A stretch of DNA of 61,881 nucleotides from Rhodospirillaceae bacterium (GTDB lineage: Bacteria > Pseudomonadota > Alphaproteobacteria > Rhodospirillales > Rhodospirillaceae), in the NCBI GenBank assembly GCA_041676205.1, contig JBAYSM010000001.1, positions 1-61,881 on the forward strand. The letters are read 5' to 3'. Shown here piece by piece: positions 52,214 through 61,110 of this stretch (positions are counted from its first letter, which is position 1; every line of letters begins with the position of its first letter). The notes beneath the pieces are model-generated. The model was not told where the DNA came from, searched no databases, and saw only the letters and a list, made by a program, of their open reading frames with translations. A program made the position numbers and the translations under genes.

Positions 52214-53392
52214 TTACTCGCCTTTCGCGTCTTCGGATGCGTTGGGGGCACCGGCGGCACCGTTTTGCCTGGGCGTTTCCGGTGACGCGATTTCGACCTT
52301 TGCTCCCGGCCCCACCTTCTGGAAGCCCGAGGTGACGACCTTGTCGCCAGCGGTCAGACCGCCGGTGATTACCCATTCGTTGCCTGTTCCCGTCATAATT
52401 TCGACTGGCCGCACCCCAATCACGCCATCTTCGACCACCCATACCTTGGCGTTGCCGGCGGCATCGCGCGTGACCACATTCTTCGGCAGCAGCACGGCAT
52501 CCTTGGCGTAGACCTGGGGCAGCTCTACCTCGACATACAGGCCGGGCAGCAGGCGGTAATCGGGGTTTGGGAAGGCGATGCGCAGGGTCACCATGCCGGT
52601 CGTCGGTTCGACCTGCGGTTCAGCGGCACGCAACTCGCCGGTGTGGTCGAAGATCTGGCGATTGGGCAGAATCATCTTGGCTTGGCTGGGCATCTGCGGG
52701 TGCCGGCTTGCCGCGTTGCTGTCCCATTCCAGAAGTTCGTTGGCCGATTGCGTCACATCCACATAGATCGGGTCGAGCGTCCGAATGGTGCTCAGGGCAT
52801 TCGCCTGCTGCGCACTGACCAGCGACCCCGGAGTGCTTTGCGACAGGCCGATCGTTCCGGAAATCGGCGCGCGGATGGTGGTGCGGTCAAGATTAATCTC
52901 AGCGTTTTGCAGCTGCGCCTTGGCCATTTGCATCGCGGCCCACGCCGAATCGCGCCGGGCGATGGTGCTGTCCCGCTGCTGTTCGGAGCCGGTGCGGGTG
53001 GCAAACAGCTCTTCATACCGTTTCGCATCGCGCCGAGCGAGGGCGTAATCCGCCTCTGCCTGGGCAACGGCGGCCTCGGCCTCGGCCAGCGCGGCGGCGT
53101 AGGTCTCATCCTCGATCTTATAAAGAGGCTGGCCCTTTTCGACCATGCTGCCTTCTTCGAACAGGCGTTCCCGGATGATGCCGGAAACCTGAGGCCGCAC
53201 CTCGGCCACGGTGGAAGCCTTGATACGACCGGGCAGGCGCACCGTCTTGAGGAAGTCCTGCTGTTCTGCGGTCATGGTGATGACGCTGGGAAGGCCGGGA
53301 GCCCCCTGCGCCACGGCCGCTATTGGGGAGATGAACAGAGCTGCGGCAAAGGCAGCCGGTCCTGCACCTGAAAGCCGAGAAAATATTTTCAT
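52214..53392 (-). CDS. acrA: RND periplasmic adaptor (AcrA-like)
   Basis: AEVRPQVSGII, IRAPISG, LDPIYVD and FPNPD..LLPG motifs. Confidence 0.93.
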   Translation of the reverse strand: MKIFSRLSGAGPAAFAAALFISPIAAVAQGAPGLPSVITMTAEQQDFLKTVRLPGRIKASTVAEVRPQVSGIIRERLFEEGSMVEKGQPLYKIEDETYAAALAEAEAAVAQAEADYALARRDAKRYEELFATRTGSEQQRDSTIARRDSAWAAMQMAKAQLQNAEINLDRTTIRAPISGTIGLSQSTPGSLVSAQQANALSTIRTLDPIYVDVTQSANELLEWDSNAASRHPQMPSQAKMILPNRQIFDHTGELRAAEPQVEPTTGMVTLRIAFPNPDYRLLPGLYVEVELPQVYAKDAVLLPKNVVTRDAAGNAKVWVVEDGVIGVRPVEIMTGTGNEWVITGGLTAGDKVVTSGFQKVGPGAKVEIASPETPRQNGAAGAPNASEDAKGE

Positions 53393-53470
53393 GACTCAAC
53401 CTATGAAAGACGGATTAACGGGAGGGTTTCGCGTGGCATTTGTGGGTTTCTGTCGCGGAAAATCCCACTT

Positions 53471-54124
53471 TCACGGCAGGGATTCGGTTTTTTCATTTCG
53501 AAGCTGCCTTATGTTTTGTGTTTTTGTCTTCCGCAACGTGGACGTTTGTGCCGAAAGGACTTTTGATCCGAGGGTGGTGAGAGAAAAGGCCTTGGAGGAT
53601 CGCAGCCATTCGCTCAGCACCCCATTCATGGAAACCAGCAGCAGAACAGCGGCTTCCTCTGGAGTGAAATCGGGGTTCAGGGTGCCGTTTTGCTGGGCGA
53701 GATCGGCCACACCGCGCAGCATTTCAAAAAGCTTGCGGTTATGTTCATTAACTTGATCCGCGACCTCGCTGTCGGCGCCATGATTCGACAGGATGCGGAA
53801 CAAGCGTTGCTGCCCCTCATCGGCCTCAAAGATCTCCAGAACGTCGCGGCCGGCTTCTTCCAGAAGGCCCAGCGGATCGGCGTGCCCCTGCTCGGCGGCC
53901 AGGGAAAGCAACTCCTGCTGCGGAAGGACGCGCCGCGCACACAAGGCAATCAGCAGGTCGGACTTATCCTTGAAGTGCCAGTAAAAGGCACCGCGAGTGA
54001 CCCCGGCGGCGCGTGAGATTTTTTCAAGGGAGGTCGCTGCAATGCCTTTTTCAGAAAACAGGCGCTCTGCTGCATCCAGAATCGCGCACCGCGTCTGCTC
54101 TGCGTTTTCCTTTGTTCGCCTCAT
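53471..54124 (-). CDS. TetR/AcrR family repressor
   Basis: MRRTKENAEQTR..ILDAA...GVTRGAFYWHFKDKSDL. Confidence 0.93.
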   Translation of the reverse strand: MRRTKENAEQTRCAILDAAERLFSEKGIAATSLEKISRAAGVTRGAFYWHFKDKSDLLIALCARRVLPQQELLSLAAEQGHADPLGLLEEAGRDVLEIFEADEGQQRLFRILSNHGADSEVADQVNEHNRKLFEMLRGVADLAQQNGTLNPDFTPEEAAVLLLVSMNGVLSEWLRSSKAFSLTTLGSKVLSAQTSTLRKTKTQNIRQLRNEKTESLP

Positions 54125-54151
54125 CGCGCTCTGCCATGCCCGCCCAACGGC

Positions 54152-54171
54152 TATACATACTTGTATGTATA
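54152..54171. promoter_or_regulatory. AcrR-type operator
   Basis: Perfect inverted repeat TATACATAC-TT-GTATGTATA 28 bp upstream of the tetR ATG. Confidence 0.8.
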
Positions 54172-54359
54172 ATAAAATTGAGAGGCAATTGGCAAGCAAG
54201 ATTCCACGCAAAGTCCTTTTGCCACCCTGCCAGGCTGTCACAGTTTCACCATTTGCGTCGCCCTACACGAATGGGCGGAAACCCCCATGAAATGGCGGTT
54301 TCAAGCGGGGTATCATGATACCACGTCATAAGTCATTGTTTTTGTTGATATTTATCTGG

Positions 54360-54387
54360 TTGACTGGATGGCGTTCCGTGGCATACT
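54360..54387 (+). promoter_or_regulatory. Sigma70 promoter of rplM-rpsI
   Basis: TTGACT-N16-CATACT preceded by an AT-rich UP-like tract. Confidence 0.7.
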
Positions 54388-54472
54388 CCGCCCCCTGGAT
54401 TCACCGGCCCCAAAGCCTATCGTTCCCTTTCCGGGGGCGGGGTGACGGGGAGAACCGACTGAAGTGAGAGCG

Positions 54473-54931
54473 ATGAAGACCTATTCCGCCAAGCCGACCG
54501 AGGTCGACCGGAAGTGGTTCGTGATCGACGCCGAAGGTGTCGTTCTCGGCCGCCTGGCCGCCACCGTCGCAAATATTCTGCGCGGCAAGCACAAGCCGAT
54601 GTACACCCCGCACATTGATACTGGCGACCATGTCGTCATCATCAATGCCGAGAAGGTCAAGCTGACCGGCAACAAGCTCGCCGACAAGCGCTTCTTCTGG
54701 CACACCGGGTATCCGGGCGGCATCAAGAACCGCACCATGGGTCAGATCCTGACCGGCGCTCACCCCGAGCGGGTGATCGAAAAGGCGATCGAGCGCATGG
54801 TTCCGCGTGGGCCGCTCGGCCGCGCCCAGCTGAAGAAGCTGCGCGTCTATGCCGGCACCGAACATCCGCACGATGCCCAGCAGCCCGAGGTCCTGGACCT
54901 TGCGGCCCGCAACCCGAAGAACAAGAGGTAA
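54473..54931 (+). CDS. rplM: 50S ribosomal protein L13
   Basis: MKTYSAK, LRGKHKP.YTPH.DTGD and HTGYPGGIK motifs. Confidence 0.98.
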   Translation: MKTYSAKPTEVDRKWFVIDAEGVVLGRLAATVANILRGKHKPMYTPHIDTGDHVVIINAEKVKLTGNKLADKRFFWHTGYPGGIKNRTMGQILTGAHPERVIEKAIERMVPRGPLGRAQLKKLRVYAGTEHPHDAQQPEVLDLAARNPKNKR

Positions 54932-54934
54932 GTC

Positions 54935-55393
54935 ATGTCCCTTGAGGATCTGAAGGGTGCGGCCACCGCGCAGGACACCCCCAAGGCTGAGCCGAAGCGC
55001 GATTCGCTCGGTCGGTCTTACGCTACCGGGCGCCGCAAGAACGCCATTGCCCGCGTGTGGATCAAGCCGGGCAACGGCAAGTTCATCGTCAACGGCCGCG
55101 TGCTGGAAGATTACTTCCCGCGTCCGGTTCTGCGCATGGTGATCAACCAGCCGTTCGGCACCGTCAACGTGTCCGGCCAGTTCGACATCATGGCGACCGT
55201 CACCGGTGGTGGTCTGTCCGGTCAGGCCGGCGCGATCCGCCTGGGCATCAGCCGCGCGCTGACCTACTTCGAGCCGGCCAACCGCCCGGCCCTGAAGGCC
55301 GCCGGCTTCCTGACCCGCGATTCGCGCGTTGTCGAGCGTAAGAAGTACGGTAAGGCCAAGGCCCGCCGTTCCTTCCAGTTCTCGAAGCGTTAA
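54935..55393 (+). CDS. rpsI: 30S ribosomal protein S9
   Basis: [17 protein letters not shown] and [10 protein letters not shown] motifs. Confidence 0.98.
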   Translation: MSLEDLKGAATAQDTPKAEPKRDSLGRSYATGRRKNAIARVWIKPGNGKFIVNGRVLEDYFPRPVLRMVINQPFGTVNVSGQFDIMATVTGGGLSGQAGAIRLGISRALTYFEPANRPALKAAGFLTRDSRVVERKKYGKAKARRSFQFSKR

Positions 55394-55422
55394 ACCCGTC
55401 CGGGTTCGTCGCATCGCTGTTG

Positions 55423-55455
55423 CGAAGGGCGCCCTCCCACGGGGGGCGCCCTTCG
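55423..55455. terminator. Strong hairpin after rpsI (no U-tract)
   Basis: CGAAGGGCGCCCTCC-CAC-GGGGGGCGCCCTTCG. Confidence 0.55.
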
Positions 55456-55509
55456 GCTATAAAGGGTTCCGTATTCCATCCATCGTCGCTTGAGACACGG
55501 GAGCATTTC

Positions 55510-56553
55510 ATGTCGGACAAGGTCAACGTCGCCATTTTGGGGGCCAGCGGCTACACGGGCGCCGAACTGGTGCGCCTTCTCGCGGCCCATGGCCGGACGC
55601 GCATCACGGCGCTGACCGCCGACCGCCGGGCCGGGCAGCCGATGAGCGCGGTGTTTCCGCATCTGGCCGGTCTCGACCTGCCCGACATGGTCGCCATTTC
55701 CGAGGTCGATTGGGACGGCGTGGACGTGGTGTTCTGCGCCCTGCCGCACGGCACGACGCAAGACGTCATCGCCGGTCTGCCCGAGCGGGTGGAGGTGGTC
55801 GACCTGTCGGCCGACTTCCGGCTGTCCGACGTCAAGAGCTATGCCCAGTGGTACGGCCAGGACCATAAGGCGCCCAAGCTCCAGAAGCAGGCGGTCTACG
55901 GCCTGACCGAGGTCAATCGCGGCAAGGTGAAGCAGGCCCGGCTCGTGGCCAACCCCGGCTGCTACCCGACGGCCAGCCAGCTTCCGCTCATCCCGCTGCT
56001 CAAGGCCGGGCTGATCGAGGCCGAGGACATCATCATCGACGCCAAGTCGGGCGCCACCGGGGCCGGGCGCGCGCCCAAGGAAGGCATCCTCTACGCCGAA
56101 GTGACCGAGGGCATCCACCCCTATGGCGTGGCCAGCCACCGGCATAGCCCGGAGATTGAGCAGGGTCTGTCCGAGGCCGCCGAAACCCCGGTGATCGTCA
56201 ACTTCACGCCCCACCTGATGCCGATGAGCCGGGGCATCCTCGCCAGCATCTACGCCAAGACCAAGGGCGGCGCCGACGCCAAAGTCCTCCGCGAAACCCT
56301 CGCCACGGCCTACGCCAACGAGCCGTTCGTCCGCATCCTGCCCGAGGGCGTGATGCCGCAGACCCGCCATGTGCGCGGCTCCAACCTGTGCCTGATCAAC
56401 GTTGTCGATGACCGCATCAAGGGCCGCGTCATGCTGTTCAGCGTGATCGACAATTTGGTCAAGGGCGCGTCGGGGCAGGCTATCCAGAACATGAACGTCA
56501 TGCTGGGGTTTGATGAAGCCGAGGGCCTGTCTCTGCCGCCCATGTTCCCCTAA
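55510..56553 (+). CDS. argC: N-acetyl-gamma-glutamyl-phosphate reductase
   Basis: GASGYTG, DLSADFR, VANPGCYPT and DNLVKGASGQA motifs. Confidence 0.97.
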   Translation: MSDKVNVAILGASGYTGAELVRLLAAHGRTRITALTADRRAGQPMSAVFPHLAGLDLPDMVAISEVDWDGVDVVFCALPHGTTQDVIAGLPERVEVVDLSADFRLSDVKSYAQWYGQDHKAPKLQKQAVYGLTEVNRGKVKQARLVANPGCYPTASQLPLIPLLKAGLIEAEDIIIDAKSGATGAGRAPKEGILYAEVTEGIHPYGVASHRHSPEIEQGLSEAAETPVIVNFTPHLMPMSRGILASIYAKTKGGADAKVLRETLATAYANEPFVRILPEGVMPQTRHVRGSNLCLINVVDDRIKGRVMLFSVIDNLVKGASGQAIQNMNVMLGFDEAEGLSLPPMFP

Positions 56554-56572
56554 GTCCGAGGAGGTCCGACCC

Positions 56573-57112
56573 ATGACGTCGCACAGCCCCATCATCCTGC
56601 CGTGGAAGGGCGTCAGTCCGACCATCGACCCGACGGCGTTCATCGCGCCCAGCGCGACCGTGATCGGCGACACGCATATCGGCGCCGACTCCAGTATCTG
56701 GTTCGGCTGCACGGTGCGCGGCGACGTCCATGAAATCCGCATCGGGGCGCGCACCAACGTCCAGGACGGCACGGTCATCCACGTCAGCAAGGGTAAGTTC
56801 GGCACCTATATCGGTGACGACGTGCTGATCGGCCACGGCTGCGTCATCCACGCCTGCACCCTGGAAAGCGGCTGCTTCGTCGGCATGGGGGCCACCATCC
56901 TCGACGGCGCGGTGGTCGAAAGCGGCGCCATGGTCGCCGCCGGAGCCACCGTCACGCCCGGCAAGCGCGTCCCGCGCGGCGAACTGTGGGCCGGGGCGCC
57001 CGCCCGCAAGTTCCGCGACCTCAGCGACGAGGACATGGCGGGGTTCATCCGCCAATGCGCGCATTATGCCGAGTTGGCGCGGGATTACCGGGCGATGCTG
57101 CCGGTACTGTGA
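56573..57112 (+). CDS. Gamma carbonic anhydrase family protein (YrdA-like)
   Basis: RGDV, TNVQDG.VIH, GH...H hexapeptide repeats and W.G.PAR. Confidence 0.92.
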   Translation: MTSHSPIILPWKGVSPTIDPTAFIAPSATVIGDTHIGADSSIWFGCTVRGDVHEIRIGARTNVQDGTVIHVSKGKFGTYIGDDVLIGHGCVIHACTLESGCFVGMGATILDGAVVESGAMVAAGATVTPGKRVPRGELWAGAPARKFRDLSDEDMAGFIRQCAHYAELARDYRAMLPVL

Positions 57113-57115
57113 GGG

Positions 57116-57290
57116 GCGGGCGCTGCCCGGACCCGCAAAGGGCCATTGGCCCTTTGAACCCAGGACAGCACCTGCACTTCACTTGCGCCGCAGGCATCTA
57201 ACCATGCCGTTTGATGCGCTGCGCGCGGCAGGATCTCCATTCCCGAGGTCAAGGAGGCCACGCCTCCTTGCGGGTGCGGGCAGCGCCCGC
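57116..57290. repeat. 175-bp palindromic (REP/MITE-like) intergenic element with 46-bp arms
   Basis: Arms 57116-57161 and 57245-57290 are inverted copies (outer 23 bp match at 22 positions), each with an internal hairpin. Confidence 0.8.
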
Positions 57291-57318
57291 GTCTTTCCAA
57301 AAATAGAAGGATCCCACC

Positions 57319-57732
57319 ATGTCCACTGTCTTTTCGCGCATCTTTGCCGGTGAGATCCCCGCCGCCATTGTCCATGAGGATGCTCTCTGCGTCGCCTTCA
57401 TGGACGCCGGGCAGGTCAATCCCGGCCACGTCCTGGTGGCCAGTCGGCGCGAGGTGGCGACCTTCACCGATCTGACGGAGGACGAGGCGGCCCACATCTT
57501 CCGCATCGCCCACCGCATCGCGCGGGCAGTTCAGAAAGCCTTTCCGGCCCCCGGCATGACGCTGTTGCAGGCCAACAATCCCGAAGGCTGGCAGACCGTG
57601 CCCCACTTCCACGTCCACGTCCTGCCCCGCTTTGCCGACGACGGCGCCGACCTGACGTGGCCGCGTCCCGATCCTGGACTGGAGGCGCTGCGGGAGTACG
57701 GCGAAAAGGTGCGGGCGGCGCTGGGGACGTGA
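57319..57732 (+). CDS. HIT family protein
   Basis: F..I..GEIP, NPGHVLV and QTVPHFHVHVLPR histidine triad. Confidence 0.95.
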   Translation: MSTVFSRIFAGEIPAAIVHEDALCVAFMDAGQVNPGHVLVASRREVATFTDLTEDEAAHIFRIAHRIARAVQKAFPAPGMTLLQANNPEGWQTVPHFHVHVLPRFADDGADLTWPRPDPGLEALREYGEKVRAALGT

Positions 57733-57757
57733 AGGGTCCCGCCTCACGACCACAATA

Positions 57758-57790
57758 GAAAACGGCGCCGCCCTTTTCAGGACGGCGCCG
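57758..57790 (-). terminator. phaC terminator
   Basis: - strand CGGCGCCGTCCT-GAAA-AGGGCGGCGCCG-TTTTC. Confidence 0.8.
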
Positions 57791-57812
57791 CAATCACTTC
57801 AGCCCGAACCTC

Positions 57813-59648
57813 TTAGACGGCGCGGACTTTGACGTAGCTGCCCGGTGCCGGTTCGATAGCCTTGAGCTTGCCCTTGGCGGGGTCGCGGGCGTCCACTTCG
57901 GGACCGGCGTAGTCCTTGAGCCATTCGCGCCAGTCGGTCCACCACGAGCCTTCGACCTGGGTGGCGTTCTTCAGCCAGGTTTCGGGGTCCTTCACCTTCT
58001 TGGCGTTGGTCCAGTAGCAGTACTTTTTCGACACCGGCGGGTTGACCACCCCGGCGATGTGGCCCGAGGCGGACAGCACGAACTTGACCTTGCCGGCGAA
58101 CAAGTGGGTGCCTTTGTAGGTGGCCAGCCACGGCGCGATGTGGTCTTCGCGGGTGGACAGCATGTAGACCGGCGTCTTGATGGAGCGCAGATCGATCGGC
58201 ACGTCCTTGAGGGTGATGCCGCCCGGCTCGATCAGCTTGTTCTTCTCATACATGTTGTGAAGGTAGAAGCTATGCATGGCGGCCGGCATGCGCGTCGAGT
58301 CGCCGTTCCAGTACAGCAGATCGAACGGGAACGGCTCCTTGCCCAGCAGGTAGTTGTTGACCACGAACGACCAGATCAGGTCGTTGGCGCGCAGCATGTT
58401 GAAGCTGTTCGCCATGTCGGCCCCGTCGAGGTAGCCGCTCTTTTCCATGCGCTCATCCAGGGCGGCGAGCTGGTCGGCGTCGATGAACACGCCCAGTTCA
58501 CCCGGCTCGGAGAAGTCGAGCAGAGTGGTCAGCAGCGTCGCCGCGCCGATGCGGTCGTCCTTCTTGGTGGTCATATACGCCAGGGTCGAGGACAGCAGGG
58601 TGCCGCCCAAGCAGTAGCCCACGGCGTTGACCTTTTCCGCCCCGGTCTGCTTCTGGATGGCGTCGATGGCGGCCAGAATGCCTTCGTCCATGTAGTGTTC
58701 GAAGGACTTGTCCTTATGCGTCTCGTTGGGGTTGACCCACGAGATGATGAAGGTGGTCAGGCCCTGGTCCACGCACCACTTCACGAACGAATTCTTTTCG
58801 CGCAGGTCGAGGATGTAGAACTTGTTGATCCACGGCGGCACGATCAGCAGCGGTACGGTCGCGACCTTTTCGGTGGTCGGGGTGTACTGGATGAGCTGAA
58901 GCATGTCGTTCTGGTAAACCACCTGACCCGGCGTCACGGCGACGTTGCGGCCCACTTCAAAGGCGGTTTCATCCGTCATGGAAATACGCAGCTTTCCGCC
59001 GCCACGTTCCAGGTCGGACAGGAGGTGCTCCAGCCCCTTCAGCAGGTTCTCGCCGCCGGTTTCGGCGGTGAGGCGCAGCACTTCGGGGTTGGTCAGCACG
59101 AAGTTGGACGGCGACAGCGCATCCACGAACTGGCGGGTGTAGAAGTCCACCTTCTGCGCGGTCTTTTCGTCCAGGCCGTCGACGTCATTGACCACCGAAG
59201 TCAGCCAGCGGCTGCTCAGCAGATAGGACTGCTTGATAAAGTCGAAGATGTCGTTTTCCTGCCAGGACTCGTCCTTGAAACGGCGATCCCCGCGGTCGGG
59301 CTGCACGACCGGCTCGGCCTGTTCGCCCATCATGCGGCGGGCCGTGTTCTGCCACAGGCTCATGTAGTCCTGCCACAGCGACATCTGCGCCTCGACCAGC
59401 TTGGCCGGGTTGGCCATCAGGCGGGCGGTCATTTCCATGAAGGCCTTGCCGACGTTCAGGGGATCGAGGTCCGAGCTAGTCTCGGGATGCTGGGCCTGAC
59501 GGGAGAGGAAGTCGTTCACCAAGCGTTGGCTGCGCTCGGCAATATTCGACATAGCCTTCGACACCTGCTCCGGGTCGGGCAGCTTCATGTCGGGATGGTG
59601 GTGGTGGTCCTGGGCCTGCGTGTGCGTCTGATGCTGTTGATCGGCCAT
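57813..59648 (-). CDS. phaC: Class I poly(3-hydroxyalkanoate) synthase
   Basis: PPWINKFYILDL, GYCLGG lipase box, EDHIAPW and SGHIAGVVNPP motifs. Confidence 0.96.
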   Translation of the reverse strand: MADQQHQTHTQAQDHHHHPDMKLPDPEQVSKAMSNIAERSQRLVNDFLSRQAQHPETSSDLDPLNVGKAFMEMTARLMANPAKLVEAQMSLWQDYMSLWQNTARRMMGEQAEPVVQPDRGDRRFKDESWQENDIFDFIKQSYLLSSRWLTSVVNDVDGLDEKTAQKVDFYTRQFVDALSPSNFVLTNPEVLRLTAETGGENLLKGLEHLLSDLERGGGKLRISMTDETAFEVGRNVAVTPGQVVYQNDMLQLIQYTPTTEKVATVPLLIVPPWINKFYILDLREKNSFVKWCVDQGLTTFIISWVNPNETHKDKSFEHYMDEGILAAIDAIQKQTGAEKVNAVGYCLGGTLLSSTLAYMTTKKDDRIGAATLLTTLLDFSEPGELGVFIDADQLAALDERMEKSGYLDGADMANSFNMLRANDLIWSFVVNNYLLGKEPFPFDLLYWNGDSTRMPAAMHSFYLHNMYEKNKLIEPGGITLKDVPIDLRSIKTPVYMLSTREDHIAPWLATYKGTHLFAGKVKFVLSASGHIAGVVNPPVSKKYCYWTNAKKVKDPETWLKNATQVEGSWWTDWREWLKDYAGPEVDARDPAKGKLKAIEPAPGSYVKVRAV

Positions 59649-59889
59649 GGAAACGTGTTCTCCTCCCACTGGGTGGGACCTGCCCCTAAGATAGTGCCCG
59701 GCCTTGCATTAGCAAGAGTGGTCTAACCCTGCGGCAAACCCGTGGCGTGCGTCCTCTAGCCGTATAGACCGGATTCCGCTATTTGTTAAGGGGTACACCC
59801 CCGCGAATGGAGTTGTATCCTGTCTTTAAACCGTCCGGACGGTACGATTTCATCGAAGGGTAACACGGGGTAGTCCTTTCGGGGTCACA

Positions 59890-61110
59890 GTGATGGGGAA
59901 GGCCAGGGTGAGTATGTCGACGGTGGAGCGAGCAATGCGGAAGATGTGGACGGCGGGCCAGGCCCGTATCGAGGGGCAGGGGCGGACACGGTCGGCCGGG
60001 TATTCCGGCGCGATGACGGCGCTGGCCGTTGTGCTGGCCGTGGGCGCGTGCTCCACGGTCGAGGATAGCTGGGACTATGTGTTCGGCGACGACGTCGCTC
60101 CGGCTGTCGCAACCACGGCGGAGGGGAATGCGACACAGGATGGTCCCGCGGCCCCCGAGGCGCCGATCCCGGAGGGACTGCGTGGCGACCCGCAGCCGCC
60201 CGAATACGCCCCCGGCAGCCGTCGCCAACCAACCTCGACCCGCGCCTTGAACGACGAGGGCGAAGTGCCCGCCGCGCGGCAGACCGTGGTTGAGAGCGCC
60301 ACCCCGGCGGCAACGCCCGCGCCCGCGCCGGTGCAGCGCGCCCCTTTGGCGCCGCCGCCCGCGCCGGTTCAGGCTGCCGCAGTGCCCCCGGCTTCTGCCC
60401 CGCAGCCGCCGGCGGTTCAGCATCAGGTCCTGCCCCCCGCCGCGCCGTCGGGCGAGGTATTCGCCAATCAGCCGCTGGTGGCCGCCGTGCCGCCGCCGCG
60501 CTTGACGCCCCCGCCCGCTCAGACCGCCGCCGCGCCGATGCAGCTTCGGATTCCGCCTGCCGCGCCGACGGACCAGCTCTTGATCTCCCCTATCGGTGGT
60601 GCCGGCGGCGGGGGTGATCTGGGAACTACGGTGATTGGCGGCGATGGCCGGGTGCTGTCGCGCCCGGATGAAATGCTGGCTCATCCGACCTTGACCCCGG
60701 ACTCCTTCGGGTTCGATGGGGACGCGGCAGCCATGCCGATGATGATGACGGGGGCCGAGACGCTGCTCGCCACCATCCAGTTCGGGCACGGGTCAGCCAA
60801 TCTGTCCGAGCGCGAACGCCGCCTGCTGCGTCAGGTGGTTGAGATGCAGCGCCAGAATGGCGGCGTCCTTCAGGTGGTCGGCCATGCCTCCAGCCGGACG
60901 GCGGACATGGACATGGATCGCCACATGACGGTGAACTACGTCACGTCGGTCCAGCGTGCCGAGGCCGTGGCACGGGAGTTGCGCCGCCTGGGCGCCCCAG
61001 CCGGCGCGGTGCTGGTCGTCGCGCAATCCGACAACCAGCCCATCTACCGCGAAGTCATGCCCTCGGGCGAGGCGGGCAACCGCCGCGCCGAGGTTTATCT
61101 GTTGAACTAA
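59890..61110 (+). CDS. OmpA-family lipoprotein with Pro/Ala-rich linker
   Basis: VGAC lipobox; C-terminal VVGHAS...RAEAV...NRRAEV OmpA-like domain; start uncertain. Confidence 0.85.
   Translation: MMGKARVSMSTVERAMRKMWTAGQARIEGQGRTRSAGYSGAMTALAVVLAVGACSTVEDSWDYVFGDDVAPAVATTAEGNATQDGPAAPEAPIPEGLRGDPQPPEYAPGSRRQPTSTRALNDEGEVPAARQTVVESATPAATPAPAPVQRAPLAPPPAPVQAAAVPPASAPQPPAVQHQVLPPAAPSGEVFANQPLVAAVPPPRLTPPPAQTAAAPMQLRIPPAAPTDQLLISPIGGAGGGGDLGTTVIGGDGRVLSRPDEMLAHPTLTPDSFGFDGDAAAMPMMMTGAETLLATIQFGHGSANLSERERRLLRQVVEMQRQNGGVLQVVGHASSRTADMDMDRHMTVNYVTSVQRAEAVARELRRLGAPAGAVLVVAQSDNQPIYREVMPSGEAGNRRAEVYLLN

Noticed and set aside
43773-54196. TTGGCAAG at both 43773 and 54189 as a possible target-site duplication around tor-acr
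   Set aside because: Only 8 bp, and the second copy is better explained as the tetR -35.
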